The position numbers were made by a program, and so were the translations under genes. This document shows, piece after piece, positions 9,109 through 19,045 of a stretch of 64,000 nucleotides of DNA; within the stretch, counting starts at the first letter, position 1, and every line of letters begins with the position of its first letter. Below the pieces are notes generated by a model. It saw only the letters and a program-made list of their open reading frames with translations. It had not been told where the DNA came from and did no database searches. Source of the DNA: an uncultured bacterium (GTDB lineage: Bacteria; Hydrothermota; UBA3072; B12-G15); NCBI GenBank assembly GCA_964596115.1, contig CAZQRW010000001.1:9114-73113 (forward strand), read 5' to 3'.

Positions 9109-10096
9109 TGTTTACCTCCCTTTTAATAAGTCGTTTCGAAAGTTCCTTTAATATATTTAATATTTCTCTGATTTCAGCCTTGATTTTTTCATCCTTCGAA
9201 ATTGCTATAAAATTATTCCAGATAGAGATCGCATTATAGAAATTACCTGACATAGTATAGAAGAAGCCAAGATTATACAGAATAGTTGGATCCATTGGGT
9301 GATCTTCCAATAATTTAGAAAGATATTCTATACCTTCAGCATATTTGTTTTCTTTCCATAGAGTGTTAATCTCAGGTAATATATTATTTTCTGACTCTTG
9401 ATGTTTTTCAGTTATTTGTTTTCTTTTTTCCTCTTTCTTTTTAACAACGATTCCTGACATTAACAAACCGTATAGAATTTTTACTGTAGTGAATTCATCT
9501 CCTGTAAGGTTAATTATATCTTTAACAGTGCGATTACCATCTATATATGACATAATTCTCCATTCTTGAGGTTCAAGATGAATATAGGGTTTTTTTTCTA
9601 TCTCCTTTGAAAGACTCAATCTATTTTCAGGGGATATCGCCTCTTCCATTCTTGTAATTTCATCCAGTCTTCTTGCCCCTTCCATTATTAGATTTTCTGC
9701 TTTTAGGCCAAGATTAATTCTTCCAGGAATCTCGAAGTCAGTTTCAACAAAAGAAAAATAGCCATCGCTCAGTTTTAGTAACTCATAGACCTTATTAACA
9801 ACGATATTTTTAAGAAAATCTTTTACTTCCCGTGGAAGAATCCTTTTGTCCGAGAGAACAAAAGAGATGAGATTTTTTTTGCCTACTTCGTTCTCTTTAA
9901 TTATATCTCTCTTTATAAATTCTTGTCTTATTGTATTATCCACATCCATATAAGAGAGATTTCCATTTTTAAAATAGAGTTTGTACTCTTTTTGGGAGTT
10001 ATCTATAACTTTTAGTATTCCAGTTTTTTTTGCAAATGAAATTAGCTGGAATAACTCAAAAAGGCTAAGTTCTTTTATCGGTCCCTCAATAGCCAT
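9101..10096 (-). CDS. PATAN/DUF4388 domain protein with C-terminal TPR repeats.
   Basis: N-terminal GPIKELSLFELFQLISFAKKTGILKV is the PATAN (DUF4388) signature. C-terminal TPR region (ILYNLGFFYTMSGNFYNAISIWNN). Confidence 0.6.
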   Translation of the reverse strand: MAIEGPIKELSLFELFQLISFAKKTGILKVIDNSQKEYKLYFKNGNLSYMDVDNTIRQEFIKRDIIKENEVGKKNLISFVLSDKRILPREVKDFLKNIVVNKVYELLKLSDGYFSFVETDFEIPGRINLGLKAENLIMEGARRLDEITRMEEAISPENRLSLSKEIEKKPYIHLEPQEWRIMSYIDGNRTVKDIINLTGDEFTTVKILYGLLMSGIVVKKKEEKRKQITEKHQESENNILPEINTLWKENKYAEGIEYLSKLLEDHPMDPTILYNLGFFYTMSGNFYNAISIWNNFIAISKDEKIKAEIREILNILKELSKRLIKREVNIG

Positions 10097-12726
10097 TAGG
10101 TTTCTCCTATTACCCTAAGTAATTTCTTTGCAGCATTGATTGCTTCTTTTGCTTCCCTTGCAGCCTTGGAATCGGGCCATTTACTAATAATAGTATTCCA
10201 TACCTCAATGGAATTTTGAAATTGGCCTAATTTTGTTAAAAGTTTAGCGAGAAGACGATAGGCAGTTTCATTTTCTTCGTCTATGCTTATTGCTTTCATA
10301 TATGATCTTATTGCCTCTTTCCCCTTGCCAGTTTTGCTGTTAAGCATACCCTCAAGAACATATATTTCGCTGTCGCCGTATACCTTTTCTTCTAAATTAG
10401 TTAAGAGTTTGATTGCATTTTCATACTCACCAAGTGCATAATGGATTTTTACAAGAAGTTTCATTGCCTTTGGGTAGTCAGGCATTAATTTTAATGATTC
10501 AAGAAGGAAAGATTTACTATCAAGGTAATTTTCTTCCTTTGATAGTATTTCTCCCATTAGATAAAATGCTTCAGCATCTTTTTTTGAATTGATTGCCTCT
10601 TTTAAATAGTCCTTTGCAGAGTTGTATGCCCCTTTTTTAATTAGAAGTTTTGCAAGTTTTTTGAGGGTGTCGGATGTTTTATCATAGTTAAGGAGTTTTT
10701 TTAAGGTTTTTATTGCACCGTTAATTTCACCTACCCTCTCTTGGAGGTTCGCAAGTAATTTATAGCCCTCTATATCATCTGGTGTTTTCTCTATTATTTT
10801 TTGGACAGTCGTTTTTGCTTCAAGGGTATTTTCTTGATCTATGTATAACCTTGCAAGTTCTTTTAGTGATTCAACATTATCTGGATCTATTCTCTTGAGG
10901 ATATCTTTGGCTTCCCCATATAGGCCTTTTATTCTATATATTCTAGCCAGCATTAATGAAGACTTTGTATCTTCGGGGATTACCCTAATGATTTCTTGTA
11001 GTTTTTCCACTGCAGTATCATAATTTTTTGCATTGTAAGCCTCTTCAGCAAGTCTATAATTTTCTTCTATATCGATTTTTGGCTCTTCCTCAGTAAATAT
11101 TTCGTTAAATAGACTTTCTTCGCTTTCAGCGGGTGTACCGGATTCCCGCATTTCCATTTCCTGGGTTAATTCTCTTGATATAAGTATATCAAGCTTTTCG
11201 GAAAAGATATCTATTCCCAATTTGAACCTATTACTTGTATAATAAGGGTTAATCTCAAGTGCTTTTTTAGTTGCTTCAAGGGCTTTATCATATTTACCTA
11301 TACGTGAAAGGGCAAATCCAAGGTTATAGTGCGCCTCAGCAAATTGTGGATCCCTGCTTATAGCTTCTTTAAAGTTGAAAATGGCCTCATCAAACCTTCC
11401 TTCGTTCAAATAAATTAAACCTACATAATTATATGCAAGAGGATAGTCCTCCCTCATTTCAATCACTTTCTTGAAGAGTTTTTCTGCCTCTTCAGACTCT
11501 CCTTCCTGCATTTTAACAAGCCCAAGATTAATATACGCATCAGAGTATTCAGGTGTTATTTCTATTGACCTCTTGAAATTCTTTATTGCCTCCTCTTTTT
11601 TCCCAAGATGATAATAAACTATACCAATATTATTATAAGCAATAGCATAGCCAGGATCAATTTCAATTGCCTTCTTATACCAGGAAAGTGCCTCCTGCAG
11701 TTTGCCAAGTCTATGGCAAGCCACACCTATATCGTTTGGAATCTTCGGAGAATGAGGGTCAGATTTCATTGCCTCAGTATATTCTGCTATTGCCTTATTA
11801 TTTTCATTCTTCAGTAAATATATTTCGCCCATTTGTTTCTTTACCAGTATATTTCCAGGTTCAATTTCTAATGATTTTTCAAATTCTCTTAGAGCCTCAC
11901 TGAATAATCCTTTATTACGAAAAGCAATACCTAAGGAATAATGGGAAAGGAAGGGATTTTTACTTACTTTTTTTTGTTGCACATCGATGAACTCCTTGTA
12001 TCCTTTCTGTTTGTAAAAATCAATTCCAAGGTTTGCCTGGGTCTTTGCATAGATAGGATTTAACTTTATAGCAAGTTTGGTCTCCTTTTTTGCCTTTTCA
12101 ATATCACCTTTTTCACCATAGACAAAAGCAAGAAGAAAATGACATTCTGCACAATCAGGGTTAATCTTAATGGATTTTCGAAACTCGCTGATCGCTCTAT
12201 TGAGTATTCCTAAATTATAGTAGACTTCCCCCAGATGCTTGTGTATTTCAAAATTATTTTTATCAATATTTAACGCCCTTCTGAATACTTCAACAGCTTC
12301 ATCATATAAGCCGATTGCCTTGAGTGATATACCAAGATTTTTCAGTGTTTCAACATCTCCTGGAATTTTTGATAGATAGCCTTTAAAGTATTGGATAGAT
12401 TTAAAATATTCACCTGAATTTTTATATGCCTCTGCAATTTCTTTAAAAAGGTAATAGTTCTCTGGTTCATCTTTCAATTTTTTTTCGAGTTTTTGTATTG
12501 TTTTATCATAATAACCACTATTCTTTAGCACATATTCCAGATTGTTTTTTGCAAGGGTGAAATGAGGATCGATCTGAAGGGCTTTTTTTAATTCTTCAAT
12601 AGCCTCATCATATAGCCCCTTATTAAAGTAAACCACTGCAAGGTTGTTGTGGGCACCAGGATCATCTTGGTTTATTTTTTTTGCAAAGAGTTTCAGTATC
12701 TGCTTTTCTTCATCGCTTATTGGCAT
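10096..12726 (-). CDS. Large tetratricopeptide-repeat protein (about 20 TPR units).
   Basis: Repeated W-LG-Y-A-F-A-P TPR signature throughout (AHNNLAVVYFNKGLYDEAIEELKKALQIDP etc.). Confidence 0.8.
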   Translation of the reverse strand: MPISDEEKQILKLFAKKINQDDPGAHNNLAVVYFNKGLYDEAIEELKKALQIDPHFTLAKNNLEYVLKNSGYYDKTIQKLEKKLKDEPENYYLFKEIAEAYKNSGEYFKSIQYFKGYLSKIPGDVETLKNLGISLKAIGLYDEAVEVFRRALNIDKNNFEIHKHLGEVYYNLGILNRAISEFRKSIKINPDCAECHFLLAFVYGEKGDIEKAKKETKLAIKLNPIYAKTQANLGIDFYKQKGYKEFIDVQQKKVSKNPFLSHYSLGIAFRNKGLFSEALREFEKSLEIEPGNILVKKQMGEIYLLKNENNKAIAEYTEAMKSDPHSPKIPNDIGVACHRLGKLQEALSWYKKAIEIDPGYAIAYNNIGIVYYHLGKKEEAIKNFKRSIEITPEYSDAYINLGLVKMQEGESEEAEKLFKKVIEMREDYPLAYNYVGLIYLNEGRFDEAIFNFKEAISRDPQFAEAHYNLGFALSRIGKYDKALEATKKALEINPYYTSNRFKLGIDIFSEKLDILISRELTQEMEMRESGTPAESEESLFNEIFTEEEPKIDIEENYRLAEEAYNAKNYDTAVEKLQEIIRVIPEDTKSSLMLARIYRIKGLYGEAKDILKRIDPDNVESLKELARLYIDQENTLEAKTTVQKIIEKTPDDIEGYKLLANLQERVGEINGAIKTLKKLLNYDKTSDTLKKLAKLLIKKGAYNSAKDYLKEAINSKKDAEAFYLMGEILSKEENYLDSKSFLLESLKLMPDYPKAMKLLVKIHYALGEYENAIKLLTNLEEKVYGDSEIYVLEGMLNSKTGKGKEAIRSYMKAISIDEENETAYRLLAKLLTKLGQFQNSIEVWNTIISKWPDSKAAREAKEAINAAKKLLRVIGET

Positions 12727-12727
12727 A

Positions 12728-13345
12728 TTATATAAGCCCCATATTTTTTAGCATTGTCTCTAATCCATTTTTATCTGGGATCATTAGGAGAAACCCGTCC
12801 AGTTTCAAATCTTCTTTAGTAAAATAGAAATTTGTTTCTACACAGAATCCATATTCTCTCCCATCAGCAAATTCGAGATAGGCAGAAGAAGTAATAGCTC
12901 CTACATCATCAAGAACAAAGGAAGGAACGGATGGCAATACCATAATCTTCAGAAATTCAGAAATTGCACCAAGGTAAGAACTTGTAATAATATTAGCGAC
13001 TTCTTTTATTGAGGATATTTCCATTTCTCCAAATGTCTTTGTCTCACCAGGCTTTTTATTAAGGAGAACATCAATTATTAATCTCGCATTTTTTTCTGGA
13101 AATATGAGTAAATTTCTACCAGTAATGTCACCAAAGAAATTCGTCAGCGTTGCCGCAACGATTGGTGGTTTTTCACCAAGAATATAAGCAAACTCTTCGA
13201 TCTTTAAAATTTTGACTTCGGGAACTTTTATAAAGACGTTTTTACCTATCATCTGAGAAAGAGCAGTTGCAGCGTGTCCACTCCCAATGGTTACGGCTTC
13301 TTTAATTCCATCAAGATGATAATACTCTAACTCATTTAGTTCCAA
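12728..13345 (-). CDS. cheC: CheC-family (CheC/CheX/FliY) CheY-P phosphatase.
   Basis: Two copies of the CheC active-site pattern: S-x3-E-x2-N-x22-P is intact near the C-terminus (SSIKEVAN...x22...P). The first copy is D-x3-E-x2-T-x22-P (N replaced by T). Confidence 0.7.
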   Translation of the reverse strand: MELNELEYYHLDGIKEAVTIGSGHAATALSQMIGKNVFIKVPEVKILKIEEFAYILGEKPPIVAATLTNFFGDITGRNLLIFPEKNARLIIDVLLNKKPGETKTFGEMEISSIKEVANIITSSYLGAISEFLKIMVLPSVPSFVLDDVGAITSSAYLEFADGREYGFCVETNFYFTKEDLKLDGFLLMIPDKNGLETMLKNMGLI

Positions 13346-13358
13346 TTTTTCCCCCTTT

Positions 13359-15107
13359 CTATACCAGATTTGGAACGTCTAAAATCATACAAGGTTTGCC
13401 ATCACCTAATATTGTGACCCCTGTATACTCTTTTATTCTTCTTAATATAAACGGTACAGGTTTTACCACAATATCTGAAGATCCTATTAATTTGTCAACA
13501 ACCAACACTAAATTTTTCCCTTCAAGATTTATTATTAATGATTGGTAAGAGTCTTTCTTTATACCATTTTCTTCACCGAATAGCTTACTTAAAAAGTAAA
13601 CAGGTAAGACTTTTTTTCTTAGAATGAAAACAGGTTTATTATGTATATAAGAAATTGCATCTCCAGAAAAATTTGCTGTTTCCTCTAAAAATGTCATAGG
13701 AATTGCGAAAAGATCCTTACCTGATTGAACAATATACGCCTTAATTATTGCCATAGTAAGAGGAATTCTAGTAATTACTGTGGTCCCAATGCCTTTTTTA
13801 GAAGAAAGTTCTACTGTCCCTCCAATCTTTCTGATGGTATTTTTTACGACATCCAGCCCAACCCCTCTTCCTGAAACCTTACTTACATCTTCCCTGGTAG
13901 AAAAACCGGGTAGAAATAGAAATGAAAAGGCCTTAGCCTGCGGAATATCCTCCCTTTCAGAATTTTTTATTATTCCTATTTTGACCGCTTTGTCAAGAAT
14001 ACTATCAGTATCTATCCCGCGACCATCATCAATGATTGATATTTTTATATATCCCTTTTCCCTTTCTGCCTTCAATTGTAATTTTCCAGCGGGTGATTTA
14101 CCTTGTTTTTTTCTTTCTTCAGGAGACTCAATACCATGATCTATGGAATTCCTCAAGATATGTATCATTGGATCCGATATACTTTCAATTAAAGATCGAT
14201 CAAGTTCTATATCTCCTCCAATTATTTCAAAGTGAACTTGCTTTTTTAAATTTTCCGCAAGATCTCGAACGTATCTGGGGAGTCTATCAAAGAGGGTAGA
14301 AAGAGGTACCATTCTGATCTTCATTATAACATCCTTGAGTTGAGTAATATTTTTCGAGTGATTTTCTATTGCATCTTGAAGCGCTTCATTCCTATATTCA
14401 ACTGCTAAGTTATAGATTCGTTCTTTAGAGATAATCGATTCAGAAATAATATTTTGTAATTTGTCCAATTCTTCAACCTCAACTCTTATTTCTTTTAGTT
14501 TTTTGGATGTAAGCGTTTCCTCCTCTTTAGGGGTTACATCTGAAAGGATCTCCACATCCGATATATTTGATAATATTTCTTTGGCTAAATTTACATCCTC
14601 AACTATGATGGAATATTCAAAGTAATCGTCAGTTTTGCTTTTTAGATCGGCTATAGATGGAGATGATGAGTTCAATTTTGTTTTTTTTGAAATTAGATTG
14701 AGTATTACCATTCCTCTTGCATTAGGCATCGGTGTAGTATTTTTCAACCTGAATTTAATTTCTTGGGTACTTTTTACTGATTCATTTTTGCTTATTAGTG
14801 CAATTTCTTTTTCTATTATATCTACACCTTGTAGTATCTTATTTACAATGTTTCTTTCAGGGGTTATTTTACCTTCTTTAATTTTATATAAAATATTTTC
14901 GAGGGAGTGAGCAGTATCAACCATCTTTTTATAACCCATACTGGCCGCCATTCCTTTTATTGTATGAAAAATTCTAAACAACTCTTCAATAATTTGAGGC
15001 GAATGTGATTTTTTCTCCAGAGAGATGGCATAATTGTTAAGCTTCTCAATATATGAGCTAACCTCGCTGATGAATAATTTTTTGTAAGAATCTAAGGAAT
15101 CCTTCAT
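13359..15107 (-). CDS. cheA: Chemotaxis histidine kinase CheA.
   Basis: Hpt domain with HTIKGMAASMGY, HATPase (IRNSIDHGIE, DDGRGID, GRGVGLDVV), C-terminal CheW-like domain. Confidence 0.9.
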   Translation of the reverse strand: MKDSLDSYKKLFISEVSSYIEKLNNYAISLEKKSHSPQIIEELFRIFHTIKGMAASMGYKKMVDTAHSLENILYKIKEGKITPERNIVNKILQGVDIIEKEIALISKNESVKSTQEIKFRLKNTTPMPNARGMVILNLISKKTKLNSSSPSIADLKSKTDDYFEYSIIVEDVNLAKEILSNISDVEILSDVTPKEEETLTSKKLKEIRVEVEELDKLQNIISESIISKERIYNLAVEYRNEALQDAIENHSKNITQLKDVIMKIRMVPLSTLFDRLPRYVRDLAENLKKQVHFEIIGGDIELDRSLIESISDPMIHILRNSIDHGIESPEERKKQGKSPAGKLQLKAEREKGYIKISIIDDGRGIDTDSILDKAVKIGIIKNSEREDIPQAKAFSFLFLPGFSTREDVSKVSGRGVGLDVVKNTIRKIGGTVELSSKKGIGTTVITRIPLTMAIIKAYIVQSGKDLFAIPMTFLEETANFSGDAISYIHNKPVFILRKKVLPVYFLSKLFGEENGIKKDSYQSLIINLEGKNLVLVVDKLIGSSDIVVKPVPFILRRIKEYTGVTILGDGKPCMILDVPNLV

Positions 15108-15108
15108 A

Positions 15109-15474
15109 TTATAATTTCAACACCCTCTGCACTGCTTCCAATACCCTTGAGGGTTGGAAAGGTTTTACCACATAATCTTTTGCACCTGCCTGAATAGCTT
15201 CTATGACTAAAGTCTGATGTCCCATCGCACTGACCATTATTATTTTCGCATTTGGATCTATTTTTATAATCTCTTTTACAGCGTCAATTCCACTCATATC
15301 CGGCATAATTATGTCCATTGTAATAAGATCAGGTTTATACTCTTTAAATTTTTCTACAGCATCCTGTCCATCCTCTGCTTCAGCAACAATTTCATATCCC
15401 TCTTTTTTAAGTATATCACTTAACATTTTTCTCATAAACATTGCATCATCTACAATTAGTACCTTAGCAGCCAT
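15109..15474 (-). CDS. cheY: CheY-like single-domain response regulator.
   Basis: KVLIVDDAMFMRKML, phospho-acceptor context ITMDIIMPDMSG, KPF motif. 121 aa. Confidence 0.85.
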   Translation of the reverse strand: MAAKVLIVDDAMFMRKMLSDILKKEGYEIVAEAEDGQDAVEKFKEYKPDLITMDIIMPDMSGIDAVKEIIKIDPNAKIIMVSAMGHQTLVIEAIQAGAKDYVVKPFQPSRVLEAVQRVLKL

Positions 15475-15888
15475 TTATCCTCCTTTATCTATTAATTTTC
15501 TTGTATTTATTATAAGATAGGTCTTTTTGTCTACTTTTGCAATGCCTTTCAAATATTCTACATTTGTTAGTTCTTTCATAGAGGCCCTGGACGTTTTGAT
15601 TTTTTTCTCTGGAATATCTTCTATCCCTATTATTTCTTTTACAAGCAAACCTATTGGTCCTTCTTCTGACTCCAAAATTAATGCAAGGCTATATTCGTCG
15701 TTCTTTAAGTTAAATCTTTTTGCGAGATTGAACAAAGGAATAATTTCGCCTCTTATGTTTGTCAATCCTTCAACATAGGATGGTGCCAGAGGAACATGCA
15801 CAATTTTGAAATCTTCAACAATCTCCTTGACTTTTTTTAATTCTACACCAAAGCTTTCCCTGTTAAGTGAAAAAATTAATATTTCCAT
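15475..15888 (-). CDS. cheW: CheW coupling protein.
   Basis: CheW-like domain (FSLNRESFGVELKKVKEIV...VEGLTNIRGEIIPLFNL), 137 aa. Confidence 0.8.
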   Translation of the reverse strand: MEILIFSLNRESFGVELKKVKEIVEDFKIVHVPLAPSYVEGLTNIRGEIIPLFNLAKRFNLKNDEYSLALILESEEGPIGLLVKEIIGIEDIPEKKIKTSRASMKELTNVEYLKGIAKVDKKTYLIINTRKLIDKGG

Positions 15889-15889
15889 T

Positions 15890-18800
15890 TTACTTTACCC
15901 TTACGTAGTTATACCTATCAAATCCAAGAGGATGAGGAATAAATCCTTGCACATTTTTTCTTACAAGGAATATATTCACCCCATGATATAAGAAAACCCA
16001 GGGTGCATCTTCCACAATTTTTTCTTCTGCCTTCCGGTATATTTCGATTCTTCTCTTAGGATTTATCTCCCTCATTCCTTCCTCTATCAGTTTATCCACT
16101 TCTGCGTTATTATAGAAGGTGTTGTTCCCAGGATCACCTGCATTTTTTGAATGAAATAAAGGATATAGGAAATTATCAGGATCACCATTGTCAGAAGACC
16201 ATCCAAGAATAAATAATTGATGTTTTCCTTTATGTATTCTTTCTAAAAACTCCTTCCAGGGGAAAACATTTAATTCAATATTTATTCCGATTTTTTTGAA
16301 TTCTTCTATTAAATATTCCCCTCTTTTTATATTAGCATTAGTATCACTTATATCAAGAAGATATGTATCTGGAAGACCGTTAGGATACCCTGCATCGTTG
16401 AGTAAATCCATAGCTTTTTCAGGGTTAAAAGAGTAAATGTCCAGATGTGGATTATACACATCCATAGCAGGGGGGAATATTCCATTTGCAGGTGTGCCAA
16501 GTCCATTGTCAAGATTTTTGATCATTCTATTCCTATCTACTGCAAAGTTCATTGCTTGTCTCACTCTTTTGTCTGAGAAGGGCAAATCTTTCTTTTGAAA
16601 ATTAAAACCGAGGTATTGAATGTCAAGTAAACTACCCTCAGTTAAAAATGGAGAAAGTTCTGGATTTTTCCTTGCTTCTACAACACTTGAAAGGGAAATA
16701 TTAGCAATATCAACAATCCCTTCCCTAAAAAGGTCAATACTTCTCTGGGTTTTGTCTGTAATGATAAATTCGAGTCTTTCAAGGAAAGGAGAACCAAGCA
16801 CGTACTCCTCAAATGGTTCAAATACAATTTTCTTAGTCCTTTCCCATGACAAAAGACGAAATGGACCTGTTCCAACAGGGCTTGATATAAAATCTTTTGA
16901 GTATTCAGGTAATATAGAGCCTCCGATTGTTGCGAGGTTTGCAAAAATTGGTATATAAGGATATTTGAGTTCTATCTCAATGAACTGATTTTCTGCAGCC
17001 TCTATACTTTTGACCGCATCAAAGAAAAAAGCATTAGACGCAGAAAGAACTCTTTTGAGTGAGTAAACCACTTCATCTACACCTATATTCCTTCCAGAAT
17101 GGTCTTTGATCCCCCTTTTAATCTTTAGCTGGAGTCTAGTAGTGTTATCCGACAATTTCATTTCTTCAATGAGGGAAGGAAAAACAGAAGTGCCAAGGCC
17201 AAACTCGAATAGACCTCTATAAATTTGGTGAGCTACTTTATTAGAGGTGGTGTCTCCAATTTGAGCTGGATCTAATGTTATAGGATCACCCCCTAAATCG
17301 ACTTTTAATACTCCACTATGTTTTTTTTCTAATAGTGCAAACGATTTTATCTCATCGATGATTCCAAAAGTCACTTTTTTCTCTTCATCTATTTGTTTAA
17401 CGACATCTTTAAAATTGTAAGCAATGCCAACAATTATCTCCGAGAATTCCCTAACAGTACTGGATATTATCTGGATCAGATCTCTTTGAGTACTCATAGA
17501 CTGTCTTAATTCTTCAGTAATTTGGATCATATAGTTTAGGTTCTCTTTATTTTCCTTAAGGGTCATTGATGATTTTTCTACGTTCTCTTTCCCTTTTGCA
17601 GCTGCATTTTTTAAAATGTTTAGATATTGTGAAGCTTTTCTGAACTCTCTGTTTATAATTTTAACGAAGTTATTAAGTTTAACGGACATACCCTTAAATT
17701 TATCTGTAAGGTTCTCCATCTGTTCCACAATAACCATAAGTGAGTTTTGTCCCGCCCTTGCTGCTTCAAGTTTGGCATATAAAGAGAGAATTCTAAGATT
17801 TTCCACAATATTTAAGATATTTATATTCATTTTTTTTAGAGATGACAGTGTATCGTTAGTCTCCTCTGTTTTTATCCGAATCTCTTTAAGGAATATTTCT
17901 AAATCATCAATAATTGAACTTAAAGCAATTATGAATTTTTCAATATTTTCATTATTTTTCATAGAATTTTCAGAGTATTGCTTCAGGTTTGCTACCATTT
18001 CATCCAGATTTCTTAGCACAATCTCCAGGTTTTCTACAGGTTCTGATTCAATAACCTTTTTCATCTTTAAAATTTCCAAGGTTTTTATCTCACCTTCAAT
18101 GTTTTTCAATATAATTATAAAATTTTCCATACTCTTTTGTAGCTGTTCTATCGCAATATCATTAGTGCCAAATTCATCAGCCGCACTGGGCAATATGTTT
18201 TTACCATATTTCATAAGAATTTCTACCATTGACTCCTTCTGGGAGGCAACAAAGTTTGCTCGATTTGAATTTAATAGTAATTTTTGAGATATAGCAATCA
18301 AGTTTTCTATCATACCTGAAATATCTGTGCGTATTTTTTCTTCATTTTCGCCCTGTTTTTTTATGCTTGAAGTGGTGTTTTCCATATTTTTGAAATTCTC
18401 ATTTAAAAGGTTTATTTCATCATTTACGCCTGCAAAAATTTCTTGAATGTTTTCTACTGGTGCATTAATTTTCTCAATGGATTCATTGATAGACTTAGAA
18501 AGTTCATCTATACTATTAATATTTGACATTATTTTGTTTACAATGTCTGAAGATGTGCTAGTAAACTTGGAGAGTTCCATTGCGACAATCTCAAATCCTT
18601 TACCATGAATTCCCGAATGATAAGCTTTTATTTCTGCATTTCTTGCAGTATCGAGACTAACACTATTTAATTTTTCCAGAGAGCCTAAAAGCGATGTAAT
18701 TTTTTCACTCTCATCCTTTAAGTTTCCAATGCTTTTTGTTGTTTCTATAGCTGTTCCTGAGATGTTTTTTATAATTTCAACTACCTCCTTGAGTTGGCTT

Positions 18801-19045
18801 AATACTTTATATATAGTAATTTTACTTTTTTGTGCAGTGGATGATATAGCCCCCATGGCTTCATTTAGCAGCTGCAACGATACAAATAGACTGTTGAGTT
18901 TATCCTTTAAGTTTTGAGCAAGTGAAGAACTTTTAAAACCAGTTGAAGAAACCTCTGAAAGAAAATTGATAATTGCATTTGTAATAATATTTACCCTTTC
19001 GAGACTGTTACCGAGGGTCTCTGTCATAATTATATCTTTTCCCAT
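15890..19045 (-). CDS. Soluble MCP-like chemoreceptor fused to a C-terminal family-5 periplasmic-type solute-binding domain (OppA/DppA-like). No TM segments are visible.
   Basis: Two segments resemble the MCP signalling tip (NAEIKAYHSGIHGKGFEIVAMELSKF and ILSLYAKLEAARAGQNSLMVIVEQMENL versus the consensus [27 protein letters not shown]). About 480 C-terminal residues have SBP_bac_5 hallmarks (LGGDPITLDPAQ...YRGLFEF, GWSSDNGDPDNFLYPLF). Confidence 0.75.
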   Translation of the reverse strand: MGKDIIMTETLGNSLERVNIITNAIINFLSEVSSTGFKSSSLAQNLKDKLNSLFVSLQLLNEAMGAISSTAQKSKITIYKVLSQLKEVVEIIKNISGTAIETTKSIGNLKDESEKITSLLGSLEKLNSVSLDTARNAEIKAYHSGIHGKGFEIVAMELSKFTSTSSDIVNKIMSNINSIDELSKSINESIEKINAPVENIQEIFAGVNDEINLLNENFKNMENTTSSIKKQGENEEKIRTDISGMIENLIAISQKLLLNSNRANFVASQKESMVEILMKYGKNILPSAADEFGTNDIAIEQLQKSMENFIIILKNIEGEIKTLEILKMKKVIESEPVENLEIVLRNLDEMVANLKQYSENSMKNNENIEKFIIALSSIIDDLEIFLKEIRIKTEETNDTLSSLKKMNINILNIVENLRILSLYAKLEAARAGQNSLMVIVEQMENLTDKFKGMSVKLNNFVKIINREFRKASQYLNILKNAAAKGKENVEKSSMTLKENKENLNYMIQITEELRQSMSTQRDLIQIISSTVREFSEIIVGIAYNFKDVVKQIDEEKKVTFGIIDEIKSFALLEKKHSGVLKVDLGGDPITLDPAQIGDTTSNKVAHQIYRGLFEFGLGTSVFPSLIEEMKLSDNTTRLQLKIKRGIKDHSGRNIGVDEVVYSLKRVLSASNAFFFDAVKSIEAAENQFIEIELKYPYIPIFANLATIGGSILPEYSKDFISSPVGTGPFRLLSWERTKKIVFEPFEEYVLGSPFLERLEFIITDKTQRSIDLFREGIVDIANISLSSVVEARKNPELSPFLTEGSLLDIQYLGFNFQKKDLPFSDKRVRQAMNFAVDRNRMIKNLDNGLGTPANGIFPPAMDVYNPHLDIYSFNPEKAMDLLNDAGYPNGLPDTYLLDISDTNANIKRGEYLIEEFKKIGINIELNVFPWKEFLERIHKGKHQLFILGWSSDNGDPDNFLYPLFHSKNAGDPGNNTFYNNAEVDKLIEEGMREINPKRRIEIYRKAEEKIVEDAPWVFLYHGVNIFLVRKNVQGFIPHPLGFDRYNYVRVK

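Noticed and set aside
3428-19045. cheR/cheB/cheD methylation genes and an MglA-like GTPase within the chemosensory cluster.
   Set aside because: None of the ORFs carries methyltransferase or methylesterase motifs or a P-loop GTPase. Their absence is itself reported as a finding.
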